Shown: piece after piece, positions 60,460-64,000 of the stretch
How the letters are laid out: each line of letters starts with the position of its first letter
Position numbering within the stretch: the stretch's first letter is position 1
NCBI GenBank assembly: GCA_045837725.1
Contig: JBEWZL010000302.1
Location: 310,001 to 374,000 of the forward strand
DNA from: Vermamoeba vermiformis
Lineage: Eukaryota
Direction: 5' to 3'
Length of the DNA stretch: 64,000 nt
The notes under the pieces: generated by a model
Databases searched by the model: none
Seen by the model: the letters and a program-made list of their open reading frames with translations, nothing else
What the model was told of the DNA's origin: nothing
Translations under genes and position numbers: made by a program

Positions 60460-63360
60460 TTAATGAGGGTTGATATTTGCGTTGTAATTCAGCTCGCGGT
60501 TCTGTACAGTCTTCCAAACGAAGAATCCAACGGCAAAGCCAGCGATAGCAACACCGATGGCCACAACTACGGACATCATTGCGTAGTACGCAGGTCCATA
60601 ACGTTGATTGAATCGTACACTGTTTGACGGGGTGGTTGGTGTATCTGTAGTTGATGGGGCAAGGGTCGGTGTATCAGCAGTTGGCGGGACTGTCATGTAC
60701 ACTGCCATGCACTCGTGATTGACGCAATTGTAACTCGATACGTTGCCAGTCGGTACGAGACAGTGCTCGGACTCCAAGTTGTACGCGCACACTCCATAGC
60801 AGTTGTGGGTCAACAGCGCTTGGAAGTCATCACAAGTGGCTTATAATTGAAATTAATAAGAGTATTATCTTTCTTCGTAAAACTAAACTTACAGTTTGCA
60901 CACGTGTAGTCAAACATGAATCTAATGCCCCAATTCTCGACACACGGGCTCGCAAGCCAGTTCTGAACTAGGGTCTTGCAGTTGTCATTGCACTGATCAA
61001 CGCCATTCACTCTGCACTGCGGAAGGATAGTATTGAGGGCGTAGGCCATGTGGGCAGTGAAATTGGCTGAAAGAATATTAGTCCCGAGATCATTATATTC
61101 ATTAATCAACGTACTGTAACAAGAAGCAAGCGGCAGAGGTGAGTTAGTAGCCACGTCCCACAGACCGACAGTACCACAGAACGCTGTCTCGCGGTTATCG
61201 CGATATCTGTCCGCTGCAAAACTGCCACAAGCATTGCTGACCATTCGCGGATAGTGCATCAAAAAGCTGAAGCAGACTAGTGCAAAGGTGTCAGTCGTGT
61301 CACAATTTCATTGCACGCGTGTCATACCTTCACTTTCCACCACGTCACCAGTGCTCGAGGAGGTGTCGTATTCACAGGCCGTGAAGATTTTATCGTTCGG
61401 CTTGATCTTGTCAAAAGGCGTGTTCGGTGTGAATGTGTAATTGCTGATCATAAAGTCCAAGTCCTCCCCGACGAATTCCGATGTGGTGGCATTTGAACGC
61501 TCTGTCCAAATACGACGGCCAAGCGAGTGCATGAACAAAAAGCTGCTGAAGACATTGATGCCCGTGGCGTCGGGAATGATCTGTTGCGTGCAGACAGCAG
61601 GACACACGCCACTCTGAAGGAACAACGTGAGCTAAAGTGCACTAACGAACTATTATTGTAACAGTGACGTACTGTCGTTGTATTTGATTGGCCAGCTGGC
61701 AAGATCAATCTGCGCGACTCAATGCGACCAGTCATCAACACACCGGCTGAGGTTTGAATGCTGAAAGTGACACGTGTCAGTATCTCTAGTGCACTCAAGT
61801 ATTGGGCTTACGTTTCATTGGCAGTGACGGTGAGTGTAAGACCACTGTTGTCCACCAGCCCGTTGAGCTGCGAAGGGTTGTTGTAAAATATCTTGAGCAC
61901 GTAGGACTTGGTCGGATTGACTGGCATGCCAATAAAGTGTGGCAAGCAAAACTCGGTCTCAGTCTGGCGAGTGTTAGGCGATGTCTCGTTCAGTGAAATG
62001 CGTTCAGTGAAATACTTACAGGACCCCACGCATATGTAATGCGATCGCACATTGTTTGACCAGGGACAGGACAGGCACCGTCCACCGAGGCAGGGCTAGT
62101 GCACTCTTGCAATATAATGTGCTGCACCATGTCGATCTTGTCTCTGATTGGCGCAAACTTCACAATGTACGTGTTGGTCTCGTTGACACCTGGGGGCCAA
62201 TTTCCGTCCACAGTTAAATTAACAGACCTAGAAATAAGGAGTTGAGACATTTCATTAATATAATCATCCTCGATATATTAATTCTAATAATTTAACTAAC
62301 AATATTCCAATCACAAATTTGATGCACTAAGAACTATGCCATCATTCGTCACACGAAAAATAAATCAAACTTTTTACGCCTTTAAGGGCGTCAGTCATAT
62401 TTTAATAAAAAGAGTATTATTTAATTGAAATGCTATATTAATCACGAATCTAAAATTTGCTAATTTCCTTGCAGGAAGTTGCCGATTTTTTGTTTTCTGG
62501 GTAAGCTGTGAAACATCGGAATAATCTCTTATAATCGCTTATATATAATTACTGCTTTATAATGCTTGCAATACTTACTGACACGCGTAACCTGCCGTGG
62601 TGTTCGGAATAACTAAGTTTGACACCTTTAGATCAACGGTAAAACTATCTGCGTAGGTGTTTACTGGTGTGCAAAAGCCCCTATAAAATATTGAGTATAT
62701 TTGTATTACATAGGTGCATATTAATTAGCTCTTACGGGTTGTTCGGGTTGTCAGGCAAGCCCGGATGTGTAATCCCTGTTGTTCTTTCAGGTGTTTGGCC
62801 TGGTGTCCATACGCATTGTGGATCACCCAGCTCTTGACCATTTGTCATACCATCGCCATCCGAGTCTTTAATAAATATTAACGCGTGTCAGATTGTCAAA
62901 TCCGAAAATGTAAATTTCAGATTTCAACTCATAAGTACCTAGCTCGCACAAAGCTTTGGTCCAAATATGTCCAGCTGCCGCAAAATCTAGACCGAATTGG
63001 TTTCGCGCTCCTCCGCCCTCTATACAAAGATCAGCCGTTTCGAAAAAGTCGTTCGCATTATCGGATCATCAAAGTCTTATTGTTTATGTATAGATATATT
63101 TTCAAGTATTTACCTGGCATTATGTGACCGACTCCGGGCCAACTAGGAACATTGTTACCTTTTAATTACAATAAAATTAATAATTTATCGATTTAGATAG
63201 TAATGCATTTGATATACATTAAAGGACTTATAAATCTTGGCTAATAATATTTTTACAAAATAAATTAATTTGTTGCCCTACCGTTTGGGATCTGGCTTTG
63301 ATACTGAGGAAGCGCCAACACAGTGGCTAAACAAAAGTGAAATAATACTATCCTAAACAT
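60460..63360 (-). CDS. Type I membrane temptin-domain + copper type II monooxygenase (DBH/MOXD1)-like protein, probably inactive
   Basis: Signal peptide; IPNG..WPGVGH..GGGARNQFGLDF..WTKALC..DSDGDGMTNGQELGDPQCVW..THPG (temptin); monooxygenase-fold motifs YAWGP, YNNP..VDNSG, AGVLMTG and CEYDT; Cys-rich region, Thr/Pro stalk and C-terminal TM. Confidence 0.85.
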
Positions 63361-63821
63361 AAATAATATGGCCATATTAATATACAAAGCTTTGTGTTAT
63401 ATGATACATAGAGGAGCGGAACTGCAACAAAAATTATTTGCAACAAATCACTCGCTTGTGAATCAATTCCCACACCGCTATCCACACCACAACAATAATG
63501 ACTTGATCGAGTGTAAGATGCTTTCGATCAAGACATTATTTTTCCGGTTTAAACTGGGTAAAACTTTTGCCGGATGTCAAGTACTTAGCCAGATCGTCCG
63601 TTTAGACTCAAGTAGATATCTTTGCATAGTCACACTTTGCAGAGTGCAATATGTTCTTCCCACCCGATGTGCCGAATCGCCAATCTTCTTGGAGAAGATT
63701 TCGTTGCTATTTTTAGGTAGTGTTTTCTTTTCAATCGGTCGCGACCGCGGCTTTCCACCGACGGTTGAGTATTTATTAGAACCAATACAAGACAGACTCG
63801 AAATGAGGAGATTGAGGCTGT

Positions 63822-64000
63822 TTAAGGAAGTTGAGAGAAGTACTGCAGTATAACCTCAAAGTTAGGAGAACCAAGACCAGTAACAGCGTCCCAGCCCTTA
63901 GTAGCAGCTGTAATAACAAGTAGTTAGGATCATTTAGTTCAACAACCGACTCCCAAATGCGGAATAAAGTTGAACTTACGGAAACCAGGGCAGCAGCCAT
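63822..64000 (-). CDS. C-terminal end of an S53 sedolisin/tripeptidyl-peptidase I-like protease (5' partial)
   Basis: Splicing a GTAAGT..CTAAC..ACAG intron gives GCCPGFPATKGWDAVTGLGSPNFEVIL, the S53 C-terminal Ca-binding motif GWDxVTGLGxPNF. Confidence 0.85.

Noticed and set aside
63368-64000. ORFs 63368..63853 (+) and 63776..64000 (-)
   Set aside because: The first has no recognisable motif and lies in UTR/promoter sequence; the second reads through an intron of the S53 peptidase in the wrong frame.

Overview
Gene-dense eukaryotic nuclear DNA with about 29 intron-containing protein-coding genes in 64 kb. Introns are mostly ~40-70 nt GT-AG with a CTAAC/CTGAC-type branch point. The gene set (huntingtin, two RasGEFs, a CLU-domain protein, a protease-less tandem calpain domain III protein, copine-type C2 plus gelsolin, an S53 peptidase) suggests a free-living amoebozoan; this is an inference and the species cannot be named. 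Gene models were spliced and assigned by eye from motif recognition, with no database searches. No rRNA, tRNA, CRISPR array or intact transposase was found. Main observations: (1) the palindrome CACGTG is hyper-abundant in a subset of gene bodies, in all reading frames and in introns, and appears to bias protein sequence; (2) a 2.5 kb CpG-poor non-coding island holds a ~700 bp degenerate foldback palindrome whose arms differ by CpG-decay-type transitions; (3) ZCCHC8 has a U12-type minor intron and an unexplained +1 frameshift; (4) unusual proteins include a CLU-LRR-MOB1 fusion, a mitochondrial bL25 split by a long insertion, an EROS/CYBC1-like protein, a temptin/DBH-like protein lacking most copper ligands, a CLC with an altered filter motif, an EEP nuclease fused to a degenerate poly(A) polymerase, and a PH-C2x4-filamin-gelsolin protein.
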